NCBI GenBank assembly: GCA_964519305.1
Contig: CAZFHY010000008.1
Span: 64,001 to 128,000, forward strand
From: Candidatus Undinarchaeota archaeon
Lineage (GTDB): Archaea; SpSt-1190; JASMDC01
Length of the DNA: 64,000 nt
Reading direction: 5' to 3'
The notes under the pieces were generated by a model, which did no database searches, was not told where the DNA came from, and saw only the letters and a program-made list of their open reading frames with translations. The translations under genes were made by a program, and so were the position numbers. Each line of letters starts with the position of its first letter. The first letter of the stretch is position 1. Positions 38,363 to 48,252 of this stretch are shown here, in pieces.

Positions 38363-39403
38363 TCAGGGCGGAGGCAGTACGTCCTGGTTGAACGCGGCCA
38401 GGCATCTCTCCTTGTAGGATGCAGAGATGATGCTCTCACAGACCGTACGGTCACCTATATCGACCGCCAGATAGCCGAAGCACATGTCACGGTACCAGTT
38501 ATCGTTGATCCGCAGGCAGAGCTTCGGATCCTGTTTCCGTGTAGCGATATGGCCGATACAGAAGTCCCGCTGGCCGGTGATTATCAGCTCACAGAGGTCC
38601 GGGTTCTGGGAGACTGTGGCCTCGCACGTGGTCTTGATCCCGGCGTCCTTCACACCTGAACAGAGTGCAGGATCCTTCTTCTCCATGGCGACGTTCGTTG
38701 TGCATCGGTCCTGCTCAGAGACATTGACCGCCTCAGCGCATAGGTTCACGTCCTTGAGCGTCAGTGCAACGTTGGAGATGCACGCGTCCCGTTCCGACGG
38801 CACCAGTAGCTGTTTGCACGGTTCCGTATCCTGAGTGATGAACGAAAGCGTCCGGTGACACTGATTGAAAACGTCCTTGTCCACGATCTTCATACAGAGC
38901 GTGTTGTCCTCGAGCACGAGTGCCGCATCCAGGATACACATCTCACGGTCGTCCGCAAGGTAATCGCATCTGAAGGTCCGTAGCTGGGGGGATGCCTTGA
39001 GGATGAGCACGACCGCGAGGACGGTCAGGACGATGTAGAAGACGATGCGCCCGATAGGTAACTCGACGAACTCTTCTTCCTCCTCTTCATCCTTGGAAGG
39101 GGGAGCTTCGACGACTTCCTTCTTCTTCTTTTTCTTCTTCGGGACCTCTTCCTCTTCTTCCGACTCTTCTTCTTCTTTCTCAGAGGTCTCTTCCTTTTCC
39201 TCTTCTTCCGACTCTTCTTCTTCTTTCTCAGAGGTCTCTTCCTTTTCCTCTTCTTCGGAAGTGGCCTCTATCTCATCTTTATCGGTCTTCTTGGACGATT
39301 CATCCGTTTTGGAGGTCGTTTCTTTGTCCTCGGATTCTTTTTTGGGATCCTCGGTCTTGATTTCGATCTCCTCGTCCTTTGAGTCCTTCTTCTCCCCGGC
39401 CAC
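38363..39403 (-). CDS. Type II membrane protein: acidic N-terminal tail, TM, external Cys repeats
   Basis: E/K-rich N-terminus; TM IVFYIVLTVLAVVLIL; ~8 repeats such as CMKIVDKDVFNQC and CLRINDNWYRDMC. Confidence 0.82.
   Translation of the reverse strand: MAGEKKDSKDEEIEIKTEDPKKESEDKETTSKTDESSKKTDKDEIEATSEEEEKEETSEKEEEESEEEEKEETSEKEEEESEEEEEVPKKKKKKKEVVEAPPSKDEEEEEEFVELPIGRIVFYIVLTVLAVVLILKASPQLRTFRCDYLADDREMCILDAALVLEDNTLCMKIVDKDVFNQCHRTLSFITQDTEPCKQLLVPSERDACISNVALTLKDVNLCAEAVNVSEQDRCTTNVAMEKKDPALCSGVKDAGIKTTCEATVSQNPDLCELIITGQRDFCIGHIATRKQDPKLCLRINDNWYRDMCFGYLAVDIGDRTVCESIISASYKERCLAAFNQDVLPPP
39152..39247. repeat. 48-bp perfect tandem duplication (2 copies) within the CDS
   Basis: ctcttcttccgactcttcttcttctttctcagaggtctcttccttttc x2, encoding a 16-aa EKEETSEKEEEESEEE repeat. 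Confidence 0.9.
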
Positions 39404-39441
39404 GGTGCTTCCTCATTGGACCATTATGGTTTAAAAATACG

Positions 39442-40227
39442 TCACATGCGGGCGAGGTTCAGAGCCAGTGCCACAAGTGATGCACCTACGAGCGAAGCGG
39501 CCGTCCCGATCCACACACCCCAGACCGGATAGAGGTTCACTATCAGGAACGCGTACACCCCTGTGGACGCGAATCCGGACCAAGAGTGCTTCACGACGGA
39601 ATCCGTGACCTCATGGCCGTTCGCCAGGTGGAGAAGCACGAGGACCGGTAGGATCGTGCCTGGGAACGCAGAGAGGAGCCCACCCCAGGCCGGTCCCAGA
39701 GTGTCGGCTGCCAGTGTGACACCTGCGACCACTAGTCCTGCGAACAGCGCCCGTGGGATAAGAGCGCCCTTGGCTCCTGAGCCCGTGGGACTATCGGTGA
39801 TATCGCGTGTAAGGAGAGCAAGGACTACTATGGCGGACGCGAGGAGAGCGAGCCGACCCATGAACGCATTGGGAGCGATTGCTTCGAGCGTCCATACGGA
39901 CGTTGCCAGCACGGTGAGCGCCCCGATGAGAGCGATCGCCACCTCGGTACTACGGGAGTTCCCAGCAGAGAGCCGACAACACGCGACGTACGCCAGAACG
40001 AAGAACACGTCGGCAGTGAGCCCGACAGGGTTCCATGTAGCGCTCTCGGCAGCAAAGGTCGGACCGTGAGAGAGGCCGATGAAGTGAAGGTTGATCGCCG
40101 TCATTGTCGGGAATGCCATGAGGACCCCTGCAACACGTGGACCTGAACGTTCGGCGAGCGCCGTCACGATTAGCACGATGGCAGCACCAGCGATGCCGCG
40201 AATGAGGAGCAGTGAAGGATCGACCAT
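39442..40227 (-). CDS. Multi-TM membrane protein with internal duplication (DUF3147-like)
   Basis: Two halves with GPRVAGVLMAFP and GPAWGGLLSAFP. Confidence 0.75.
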   Translation of the reverse strand: MVDPSLLLIRGIAGAAIVLIVTALAERSGPRVAGVLMAFPTMTAINLHFIGLSHGPTFAAESATWNPVGLTADVFFVLAYVACCRLSAGNSRSTEVAIALIGALTVLATSVWTLEAIAPNAFMGRLALLASAIVVLALLTRDITDSPTGSGAKGALIPRALFAGLVVAGVTLAADTLGPAWGGLLSAFPGTILPVLVLLHLANGHEVTDSVVKHSWSGFASTGVYAFLIVNLYPVWGVWIGTAASLVGASLVALALNLARM

Positions 40228-40325
40228 GGCTAACGACCGGTTTGTTGATTACAGGGACCGGTCGCAAGCCTGTTGATTTATAATGGTTCTCTCTGGGTTC
40301 TCGCGGGGGAAGGGGGAGTCCCTCT

Positions 40326-40790
40326 TCACATAACGGGATTGAGCTCGAGGTACAGGGGCGTCCGCCTGACCTGGATGCGCTGGTACGGGGCGTTCACGCG
40401 CTGTACGAGCTCGGATATGTTGTCCTGGATGTAGCGCAGTGCCCTGAGATCGTCCTTGTTGGCACCGAACATGGGGATCTTCCCTGTCCGGAGACCTTCG
40501 ATGACCATCTCTCGGATGCGCATGTACTCTTCAGCGTGGTTCCGCTTGGGGCGCTCGCTGGGCCGCTTGAACGATGGGAGCGAATAGTGCTTGATGGACC
40601 CGATCTTTCGGGACTTGATACCGCCGTGCTTCTCGATCGCGAGCAATGCGTGCATGATGGCACGGTATTCGCTCGTGTTGGAACGAGGCTTATCACATTC
40701 TTCGAACATGGCATCTAGAAGCTCTGCCATGGTGAATTCGCTTTCGCTTAATGTTTCCTTGATGGACTCTAATAGCTGCTCTGTCTTCAT
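40326..40790 (-). CDS. Putative winged-helix DNA-binding protein
   Basis: FTMAELL...IMHALLAIEKHGGIKSRKIGSIKHYSL; GGAGGT SD 8 nt before ATG 40790. Confidence 0.65.
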   Translation of the reverse strand: MKTEQLLESIKETLSESEFTMAELLDAMFEECDKPRSNTSEYRAIMHALLAIEKHGGIKSRKIGSIKHYSLPSFKRPSERPKRNHAEEYMRIREMVIEGLRTGKIPMFGANKDDLRALRYIQDNISELVQRVNAPYQRIQVRRTPLYLELNPVM

Positions 40791-40916
40791 TGTTCCCAAC
40801 CTCCGTCCCGGGATGTCTCACCGGACTGTGTTCCCGCTCATCAAGGTGCGTACCTGGGGGGTGGCCGCTTCACCTTGGGGGTGAGAGAAAAGGTGTCGTC
40901 CGAGCTTTATATTCAA

Positions 40917-40960
40917 ATAACATAACGTTTCTATAACGGCACTATAACATATTGTTAACA
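40917..40960. promoter_or_regulatory. 11-bp-phased WTAAC direct-repeat array
   Basis: ATAAC at 40922, 40933, 40944 and TTAAC at 40955, plus an off-phase ATAAC at 40917; lies between two divergent wHTH genes. Confidence 0.6.
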
Positions 40961-40969
40961 GGTGGTACC

Positions 40970-41515
40970 ATGCGCCTTGGAACTGTTCAACGTCACGTCA
41001 TCAGAAGCCTCGGAATCTCACGAAAAGTCGTCGGGGACATAGTCGAGGAGTATGCTCCGAACCGAAGGGAAAGCGGATACGCATCCGTTTCCCGAGCCTT
41101 GAGCGTCCTTAAGAACGAGGGAGTCGTCATGAAGGACGATAATTTCTACACGCTCACCGACAAGGGGATGAAGCTGTATAAGGAGCTCTTCCCGGAAGAG
41201 TGGAAGGAGAACTATTCCAAGGACATCCGGGGAGCGGTCCAGCACATAATGTCGACCGTCAAGAACCCGGAACGACAACCAGCGGTCCAGAAGATCGTGT
41301 TCGCCTACTTCGGTCATTTCGGTCGCTCGACCCTGGTCGAACTCTCGGAGGCGCTGGGCATGGACCAGGAGCAGTGCGGGTACGTCGTTGCCGTGCTCTA
41401 TAAGATGGGGCTCCTCGAGCTCAAGCCGGACAACAGTGCTGCCATAAGCCAGGACCTACTGTCCTCGACGTTCGACGCAGCATTGAACAAGAAGAAAACG
41501 ATGTCACGTAATTGA
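40970..41515 (+). CDS. Putative tandem winged-helix DNA-binding protein
   Basis: YASVSRALSVLKNEGVVMK...YTLTDKG and STLVELSEALGM...LYKMGLLE. Confidence 0.72.
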   Translation: MRLGTVQRHVIRSLGISRKVVGDIVEEYAPNRRESGYASVSRALSVLKNEGVVMKDDNFYTLTDKGMKLYKELFPEEWKENYSKDIRGAVQHIMSTVKNPERQPAVQKIVFAYFGHFGRSTLVELSEALGMDQEQCGYVVAVLYKMGLLELKPDNSAAISQDLLSSTFDAALNKKKTMSRN

Positions 41516-41522
41516 TACCGTT

Positions 41523-43763
41523 CTAGGCGGTCGGCTCTTTGACCGCATAGTCGTACTCGTTACGGGACACGACCTCGCCCTCTTTCTCGAGCTCCAGCCT
41601 GAGCTTGAAGGCCCCGGTGGTCTCGGGGGTCCACTCCAGGGTACCGAACTCCTTGGAAGAGCTCTCACCGACATCGATGACGGACTCCTGCTCCTTGACG
41701 ACGTTCCCTTCCGCATCGACGAGGGTCGCGCGCAGTGACGCTCCGTCGTATGCCTTGTAGAGGTCGTTCGTCACCCAGAGGGGGACCTCTAGGTTCTCAC
41801 CGAGCCTGACCTTCTCATGCTCCTGGTCTGCTGAGACGAGCACGGGCTGGTAGGCTGTGGCCACGGCCTCGAACGCCTGCTTGGGGCGCCTGTCGTAGTC
41901 GACGAGCGACCAGGTGATTGCGTCCTCCCAACAGTCAACGAACATGAACTGGAACAGCGCAGTAACGGGCTCGTGCTTGTGGCGGCGATAGTTCTCTATG
42001 GCGAACTTGTTCACGCGCGCCTGGTAATCCTGCGAGTTGGCGACGAAATCCTCGATGGACCCGCTCCGGTCGATACCAGCGATCATGTGGGTCTGGAGCG
42101 GCTGGAAGTCCTTGGGCATCCATGACCTGGCGTAGTTCCAGTTGGTCGGCTCCATATCCTTCTCTGTGAATATCCTGCGCATGGTCTCCATGTTAGGGAG
42201 GCCCTGGGCACCGAACTCGCTGATGATGGGTTCGGCGTTGGCGGCGTCCTCACGGAACTGGTGATAGTCGCCCGTGTACCAGCCGAAGTACTTGTGCTCG
42301 TACGTCGGGGATGATACCTTGACGAGCCGCGTGGGATCCTCTTCCACAGCAGCAGATCGAAGGGCCTCGTCGAACTCCTCGACGTTGGCCTGCACCAGCC
42401 AGTGACGGCCGTCCAGGGCGCCCATGAGCGTGTTACGCCGGTGCTGCTCCTCCTCGGGGCTGTCCCCCTTCCGTCCGAAACCCAGGGATTCCCAGACGAA
42501 CCCGAGCACATCCCCGATGTTGTCGACGGAGATCGGCTCGTTATGGCAGGCGTACACCATCACGGAAGGATGGTTGTATAGGTTCCTGACCATCTTGCGC
42601 ATCATGCCTACGGCCCTGTCCTGGAGCTTGGGATCATAGTTCCACTGAAGGATGAAGTCCTGCCATACGAGGATACCTTCCTCGTCGCATCGGTTGTAGA
42701 AGTCATCATCCTCGATATGAGCATGGACACGGACACCGTTCATGTTCGCCTTCCTGAGAAGTTCGAAATCGCGATCGTAGAAGGATGGGCCCTCGCTCAT
42801 CCATTGTGTCGATATGTAGTTCGTACCGCGGACGAAGAGGGGCTTACCGTTAAGGTACCAGCCACCGTCCTCGCGTTGTTCGAACTCACGTACGCCGATA
42901 TTGCCCGTGTCGCGGTCGGAAACCCGTCCGCCGTCGACGACGGCCACCTCGTAGTTGTAGAGGTTGGGGTCGCCCATGTCCCAGGTCCACCATTTCTTGG
43001 CCCCGTTCATGGACATGTCGAACATGGCCTCGTTCTCGCCCTCCTTGACATCGACGGTCTGTTCGATCTCGTACGACTCGCCGTCGAAGTTCTTGGGGGT
43101 CAGGCGTACACGGACGGTCGTTTCCCCATCCCGGTAGGCCTTTATCGGTACCGTGACCGACATGTCAGCGCCACTCTCCCGGATCGTGGGGGTGAGCTTG
43201 ACGTCGCCCAGGACATAGTCGCCCGTACGCTTGATAGTGACATCGCGCCAGATGCCGCCGGTGTTGGCGTCCCGACCCCTGAACGGATCTAGCCCGCCGG
43301 GTCGGCAATCCCACTGGTCCAGCACACCTTTGATGTACTTCTTACCAGTGATGTATGAAAAGAACGGTTCCTTGGGAGAATCCACGCGCACGGCCAGGGA
43401 GTTCTCGTCCTTGATGACGTCGGTGACGTCGTAGGAGAACTCGTCGAAGTAGCCCTCGTGGGCGCCTAGTTTCTCGCCGTTGAGCGTTACGTCGGCTTTG
43501 TAATCGACGCTCTTGAACACAAGATGATATCGGGCACCGTCCTCACGTTCGGGCATGTCGAAACCGTGCCGGAACCAGACCGTCCCTGAGTGGTCCAGGC
43601 CTTCCCGGTACCAGTTCGACGGGATCTTCATGGTGTCCCAGCCATCGTCGTTGAACCCCTCGCGAGCATACCCACGCAACCCGCCAAGATGGAAGCGGTC
43701 CGTACGGTAGGCCCACTCTCCCTCCAGAGATGTCTCTTCGACGATGTCCCGTTCGACTTCCAT
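41523..43763 (-). CDS. Glycoside hydrolase family 2 (beta-mannosidase-like)
   Basis: HEGYF, GGIWRDV, RGTNY, NGVRVH, DEEGILVWQDF, NHPS..CHNEP (acid/base), SEFGAQG (nucleophile). Confidence 0.9.
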   Translation of the reverse strand: MEVERDIVEETSLEGEWAYRTDRFHLGGLRGYAREGFNDDGWDTMKIPSNWYREGLDHSGTVWFRHGFDMPEREDGARYHLVFKSVDYKADVTLNGEKLGAHEGYFDEFSYDVTDVIKDENSLAVRVDSPKEPFFSYITGKKYIKGVLDQWDCRPGGLDPFRGRDANTGGIWRDVTIKRTGDYVLGDVKLTPTIRESGADMSVTVPIKAYRDGETTVRVRLTPKNFDGESYEIEQTVDVKEGENEAMFDMSMNGAKKWWTWDMGDPNLYNYEVAVVDGGRVSDRDTGNIGVREFEQREDGGWYLNGKPLFVRGTNYISTQWMSEGPSFYDRDFELLRKANMNGVRVHAHIEDDDFYNRCDEEGILVWQDFILQWNYDPKLQDRAVGMMRKMVRNLYNHPSVMVYACHNEPISVDNIGDVLGFVWESLGFGRKGDSPEEEQHRRNTLMGALDGRHWLVQANVEEFDEALRSAAVEEDPTRLVKVSSPTYEHKYFGWYTGDYHQFREDAANAEPIISEFGAQGLPNMETMRRIFTEKDMEPTNWNYARSWMPKDFQPLQTHMIAGIDRSGSIEDFVANSQDYQARVNKFAIENYRRHKHEPVTALFQFMFVDCWEDAITWSLVDYDRRPKQAFEAVATAYQPVLVSADQEHEKVRLGENLEVPLWVTNDLYKAYDGASLRATLVDAEGNVVKEQESVIDVGESSSKEFGTLEWTPETTGAFKLRLELEKEGEVVSRNEYDYAVKEPTA

Positions 43764-43983
43764 GTACAGTCCCCGATAATCGAGCCGTGGCCCGATGTCT
43801 CAGTCAAATCCGGCAAGACAGGTCCCTTAAAAGCTTTCTGGTTAACCGGCGAGGTGCTAATTGCACCGGGAAAAGGTAATATCTTCTTGGCCCTTCGACC
43901 TATAGGGTTGCCTTCGATGCCCTCTTTACGCGGGCAGGCGAGCAAATCTATATAAACCGGCTTCCCTGCCGGGATTCACAGGG

Positions 43984-45036
43984 GTGTACATGGTACCGGT
44001 CGAGGAATCCCTCTTAGAGAGGGATGAACATAATCCTTTCTTGGAGCCAGTGGAGGATGATCCCTTCCGCTCGGGCGTGGTTTTCAACGCTGCCGCGGTG
44101 AAGTGGGACGATGGCTACCTCCTGCTCGTGCGCGACCAAGGCGCACCGGGCAAGCTCTTCGATGGCGATGCCGACCTTACTGACCATGTATCCAAGCCCG
44201 AACAACTCGAGCGATGGAACAACTACTCACGCTCGAGGTTCGAACGCGTCGTACTGGCCGCTGACGGACACACGGTCCTCGAGCGCTCCGAAGCGCCCGT
44301 GATGCTGCCTGACAGCGACTTCGACTACATCGGCGTGGAGGACCCTCGGGCCACCCTGATACCCGGGTCCGACGAGTACGCAGTGCTCTACACGGGCCTC
44401 AAGCACAGGGACGATCCGGACGATGGTTTCCACTATCAGATCTGCCTGGCCACGACCAAGGACTTCAACACTTTCGACAAGAAGGGACCCGTGGATATCG
44501 AAGGCTTCGAGGGTGTACGCAACAAGGACGCTTTCCTCTTCCCCGAGAAGGTCAACGGACGGTACGCCATGATGCACCGGCCTAACACCGACCTGTCCAT
44601 GCACGTAGCCTACTCGGACGACCTGATCCACTGGGATGACGCAGGTATCGTCATGGAGATGGGCACTCAGGAGTGGGAGGGTGCAAAGATCGGTGCGAAC
44701 GCGCCGCCCATCCGGACCGAGCACGGCTGGCTCGTCATCTACCACGGTGTGGACCCGGAGAAGCACTACCGTCTGGGCGTTGCCATGCTCGATCCGGACA
44801 CGCTCGAGTGCACGTGGCGGTACACCGAACCTATCCTGTCTCCGGACATGCCATACGAGGCGGAGGGTCACCCTACTCTGGGTGTGCCCAACGTGGTATT
44901 CTCGTGCGGTGCCGTGGACGCTGACGACAAGATATGGATCCCCTACGGAGGGGCCGACACGGTCATGTGCTCTGCCTGGCTCGACAAGGAAAAGGTGCTC
45001 GAGCTCTACGAGAACGACATGGGTATCGGGTACTAA
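43984..45036 (+). CDS. Glycoside hydrolase family 130 (mannoside phosphorylase/hydrolase-like)
   Basis: VFNAA, GVEDPR, NKDAFLFPEK, HRP, KIGA, GWLVIYHG, YRLG, PNVVFSCG, YGGADT. Confidence 0.9.
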   Translation: MYMVPVEESLLERDEHNPFLEPVEDDPFRSGVVFNAAAVKWDDGYLLLVRDQGAPGKLFDGDADLTDHVSKPEQLERWNNYSRSRFERVVLAADGHTVLERSEAPVMLPDSDFDYIGVEDPRATLIPGSDEYAVLYTGLKHRDDPDDGFHYQICLATTKDFNTFDKKGPVDIEGFEGVRNKDAFLFPEKVNGRYAMMHRPNTDLSMHVAYSDDLIHWDDAGIVMEMGTQEWEGAKIGANAPPIRTEHGWLVIYHGVDPEKHYRLGVAMLDPDTLECTWRYTEPILSPDMPYEAEGHPTLGVPNVVFSCGAVDADDKIWIPYGGADTVMCSAWLDKEKVLELYENDMGIGY

Positions 45037-45051
45037 AAGGGCCTTTTTACG

Positions 45052-45113
45052 CGTTATGTGAGCGTTAACTCAGCGTTAGCCTATCGTTAAGTGGGGCTTA
45101 CCGTATAGCGTTA
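45052..45113. promoter_or_regulatory. 11-bp-phased CGTTA (TAACG) direct-repeat array
   Basis: CGTTA at 45052, 45063, 45074, 45085; GCTTA at 45096; CGTTA at 45109. Confidence 0.6.
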
Positions 45114-45178
45114 CGCGAACTTATATCAAGGTGGCCCAAAGGCAGGTTTATTAACCGACCTTTCAGCGTGCTGGAGCA

Positions 45179-46486
45179 GTGGACGAGTACGATGTGGCCA
45201 TCATCGGAGCTGGTCCTGCGGGCCTCTCCTTGGCAGCTGACCTCTCCCGCGACTACAAGGTAGCACTCATAGAGCGGGGCGAGATTGGCCACACCGACAA
45301 GGCCTGGGGAGTGCTCGAGACCGATGGTTACCGCGTTGACGACGACCTTGTCATCAACCGTTTGTACCGTGGTGCGATCCGTCTGCGCTCCGACGACAGG
45401 TCGATCACAATCGACGAGCCAGTTGCCGAGGGAGACAGCTGTGCTCTTGTCGATGAGGAGAAGGTCATGGCCAAGTGGAAGGGCCAGGCGGAATCGTACG
45501 GATGCAGCCTCTTCGAGAACACATCATACCGTGACCTCAGTTATACTGGCGATGGTGTCGAGGTGGAGACCGATTCGGGGCAGTTCAAGGCCAGGCTACT
45601 GATCGATGCCACCGGCTACAACTCGCCCATAGCACAGAAGGTCGGTCTGCACAAGGAACCGGACTACTACGTGCCCACCTTTGGTGGCTACGTGGAAGGG
45701 GCATCCTTCCCGGACCCGACATCGGGGCTCGTGGCCGTCCGTGATGCCGACACCGACGTTATCGGCGAGTATTTCCCTCTCTCCAAGGAACGTGGCGTGT
45801 CCTGGGTGTTCCAGGCCATCACTCCCGATGAGTACGCGACGAAGAGCGAGGATGAATGGATCCAGGGGCTCAGGGACGCATATGATGTCTTTACATCGAA
45901 TGATCCCGAAGTGGAGGGCTCACACCTCGTCAAGGAGTGCTACGGTGTGATCCCGATGAGGCAGATGGACAGGAAGGCCGCTGACCGTGTGCTCATGGTG
46001 GGTGACGCTGGTGGCCAGACCCCCTTCTGCACCCTCGGCTTCAATGCGATCTTCAAGGGTCATGAGCGCGTGGCCGAACAGGTGGGTTACCTTCTTGAAA
46101 AGGACGACCTCTCCGCAAGCTCCCTCAACTCAGTCTCCTATAGGGACAAGAACCCTCTCTCGGACATCCTGATGCCGATCCTCATAAAACAGGGGCTCGA
46201 GATGCCCGTGGACGAGATGATGGGCCTTGTTGAGCCCTTGATCGAGTACGGTAGCTCAAAAGCGTTCTCCCAGCTACAGGTGCGTGCCCTGGACGATTCG
46301 GTGCGTATCGAGGACCTCGAGTCCTTCTTCCGTGCTTCGAGCGAGATGCCAATGCGAGAAAAGGCACGCATGGCATGGAGCGGGGCAAAGACGTCCGGCT
46401 TCGTCGACTCGTGCAAGGCAGCGTACGCCGTAGGCCGTGCATACATCGACCACTGGTTCTCTGACAAGGAAGAGGACGACCAGTGA
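45179..46486 (+). CDS. FAD-dependent oxidoreductase (geranylgeranyl reductase/lycopene cyclase-like)
   Basis: DVAIIGAGPAG, LIDATG, LMVGDAGG. Confidence 0.82.
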   Translation: MDEYDVAIIGAGPAGLSLAADLSRDYKVALIERGEIGHTDKAWGVLETDGYRVDDDLVINRLYRGAIRLRSDDRSITIDEPVAEGDSCALVDEEKVMAKWKGQAESYGCSLFENTSYRDLSYTGDGVEVETDSGQFKARLLIDATGYNSPIAQKVGLHKEPDYYVPTFGGYVEGASFPDPTSGLVAVRDADTDVIGEYFPLSKERGVSWVFQAITPDEYATKSEDEWIQGLRDAYDVFTSNDPEVEGSHLVKECYGVIPMRQMDRKAADRVLMVGDAGGQTPFCTLGFNAIFKGHERVAEQVGYLLEKDDLSASSLNSVSYRDKNPLSDILMPILIKQGLEMPVDEMMGLVEPLIEYGSSKAFSQLQVRALDDSVRIEDLESFFRASSEMPMREKARMAWSGAKTSGFVDSCKAAYAVGRAYIDHWFSDKEEDDQ

Positions 46487-46535
46487 GTCGGCCTGAACGC
46501 AACAGATATAACACTTGATTAGGCCGCCTGATGTG

Positions 46536-48245
46536 ATGACGTCGGACCACCTGCCGCGCAATGGCATCGTGCTCGGGCTCATCGACAGCCAGAACGACTG
46601 TGGTGCCTGTGTGGTCGAGGACGGTCGTGTCCTTTCTGCTGTCAACGAGGAGAGGCTCACAGGAAGGAAGCTCCAGGGCGGTTTCCCGACCGAATCGCTC
46701 GAGGAAGTGCTCGACATCGCCGGGCTCGGGTACGGTGACGTCGACGTTATCGCTGTGAGCGGGCTTCTCACGCCACCACCATACGCACGTTTGGTCCGTG
46801 GTATCCAGGAGATCGAATGTGATGTCCGTGCATCGAAGAAGGAGGGGCCGGTCTCAGTGGTGTCCGATCTCGTGAAGTTCAGGTTCGGACTGAACATCAT
46901 CGAGCCTACGTCCACAGCCGGACGGAATCTGAGCAGGACCATACCTGCCCTGATCCGGAAGGACCTGCCACGACCGCTCCGTGACACGCCGATCGTACCC
47001 ATCGACCATCACATCACCCATCTGGCAGGAGCGTACTTCATCTCGGGGAGGGATGAAGTGCTCGCCATCACCGCTGACGGCCAGGGCGACGGCCGCTCCC
47101 TCTCGGTCGCCAAGTGCGAGGGAGGGGCGATCGACATAGTCCACGAGATGTCGGCCAACGACTCGTTCGGACTGTTCTATTCAGAGGTGACCCGATGGAT
47201 GGGGTTCCTGCGTCACCGTCATGAAGGCAAGACGCTAGGCCTCTCAGCACACGGTGACGCTGCTGCGGTCGACATCGAATTCCCGTTCACCGATGAGGGC
47301 GTCTACACTGGTCGCTTGGGACGCGCTGCCCAAAGCGATCTGGCCCGCTCGTTCGCCGGGTACCGGAAGGAGGACGTGGCTGCATGGGTACAGCACAACC
47401 TGGAGGAACGGATGACCGCGCTCGTCGACCGGTTGGTCGAACGCACCGGGATTCCACACCTTGCCCTCTCCGGCGGCGTCTTCGCGAACGTACGATTGAA
47501 CCAGCGACTGTGGGAGCTTCCTTCCGTAAAGTCAGTGTTCGTCGTCCCGCATATGGGCGATGGCGGTTGCGCGATGGGCGCGGCACTGGCCTGGGCACGC
47601 CCCCGACCACGTCTGTTGGACGATGTGTTCCTCGGTCGATCATACACTGATGACGAGGTGGAACGTTCGCTCGACCGGTCAGGAGTAGGACATGAACGCC
47701 CCGCTGACCGTGAATCGACCGTCGCTGACCTTCTGGCCAAGGGTGACGTCGTAGGACGTTTCCACGGACGTGCTGAATGGGGGCCGAGGGCGCTCGGTAA
47801 CCGGAGCATACTTCTACAGGCCACTGACGGCAAGGTGCTCGACTGGCTCAACGAACGGTTGAAGCGTACAGAGTTCATGCCGTTCGCACCCTTGGTGCTC
47901 GAGGAAGAGGTCCGGAAGTGCTTCAAGCGAGTGTCCGGAGCGCGACAACCGGCAGCTTACATGACGATCACGTTCGACACGACGACATGGATGCGTGAGC
48001 ACTGCCCAGGAGCGGTCCATGTGGACGGCACGGCACGGCCACAGATCGTGTCGGCACGGACGACGCCGATGCTCCACAAGATACTCGCGCTCTATCACGA
48101 GGCTACCGGTCTGCCCGTGCTCATAAATACGAGCTTCAACCTGCACGAGTCACCGATGGTGTACCGTCCCGAGGACGCGATACGTTCCTACAAGGCCGGT
48201 GCGGTCGACCACCTCGCGATCGGACCCTTCCTGGCCTCGGCTTGA
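46536..48245 (+). CDS. Carbamoyltransferase (NodU/CmcH family)
   Basis: EERLT, HHITH, DGQGD, EGKTLGL, LSGGVFANV, EWGPRALGNRS, MPFAP, HVDGTARPQ, NTSFN. Confidence 0.93.
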   Translation: MTSDHLPRNGIVLGLIDSQNDCGACVVEDGRVLSAVNEERLTGRKLQGGFPTESLEEVLDIAGLGYGDVDVIAVSGLLTPPPYARLVRGIQEIECDVRASKKEGPVSVVSDLVKFRFGLNIIEPTSTAGRNLSRTIPALIRKDLPRPLRDTPIVPIDHHITHLAGAYFISGRDEVLAITADGQGDGRSLSVAKCEGGAIDIVHEMSANDSFGLFYSEVTRWMGFLRHRHEGKTLGLSAHGDAAAVDIEFPFTDEGVYTGRLGRAAQSDLARSFAGYRKEDVAAWVQHNLEERMTALVDRLVERTGIPHLALSGGVFANVRLNQRLWELPSVKSVFVVPHMGDGGCAMGAALAWARPRPRLLDDVFLGRSYTDDEVERSLDRSGVGHERPADRESTVADLLAKGDVVGRFHGRAEWGPRALGNRSILLQATDGKVLDWLNERLKRTEFMPFAPLVLEEEVRKCFKRVSGARQPAAYMTITFDTTTWMREHCPGAVHVDGTARPQIVSARTTPMLHKILALYHEATGLPVLINTSFNLHESPMVYRPEDAIRSYKAGAVDHLAIGPFLASA

Positions 48246-48252
48246 TCACCGG

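Noticed and set aside
45052-45113. Mini-CRISPR or microsatellite
   Set aside because: The 5-bp core with 6-bp variable spacers is far too short; no cas genes.
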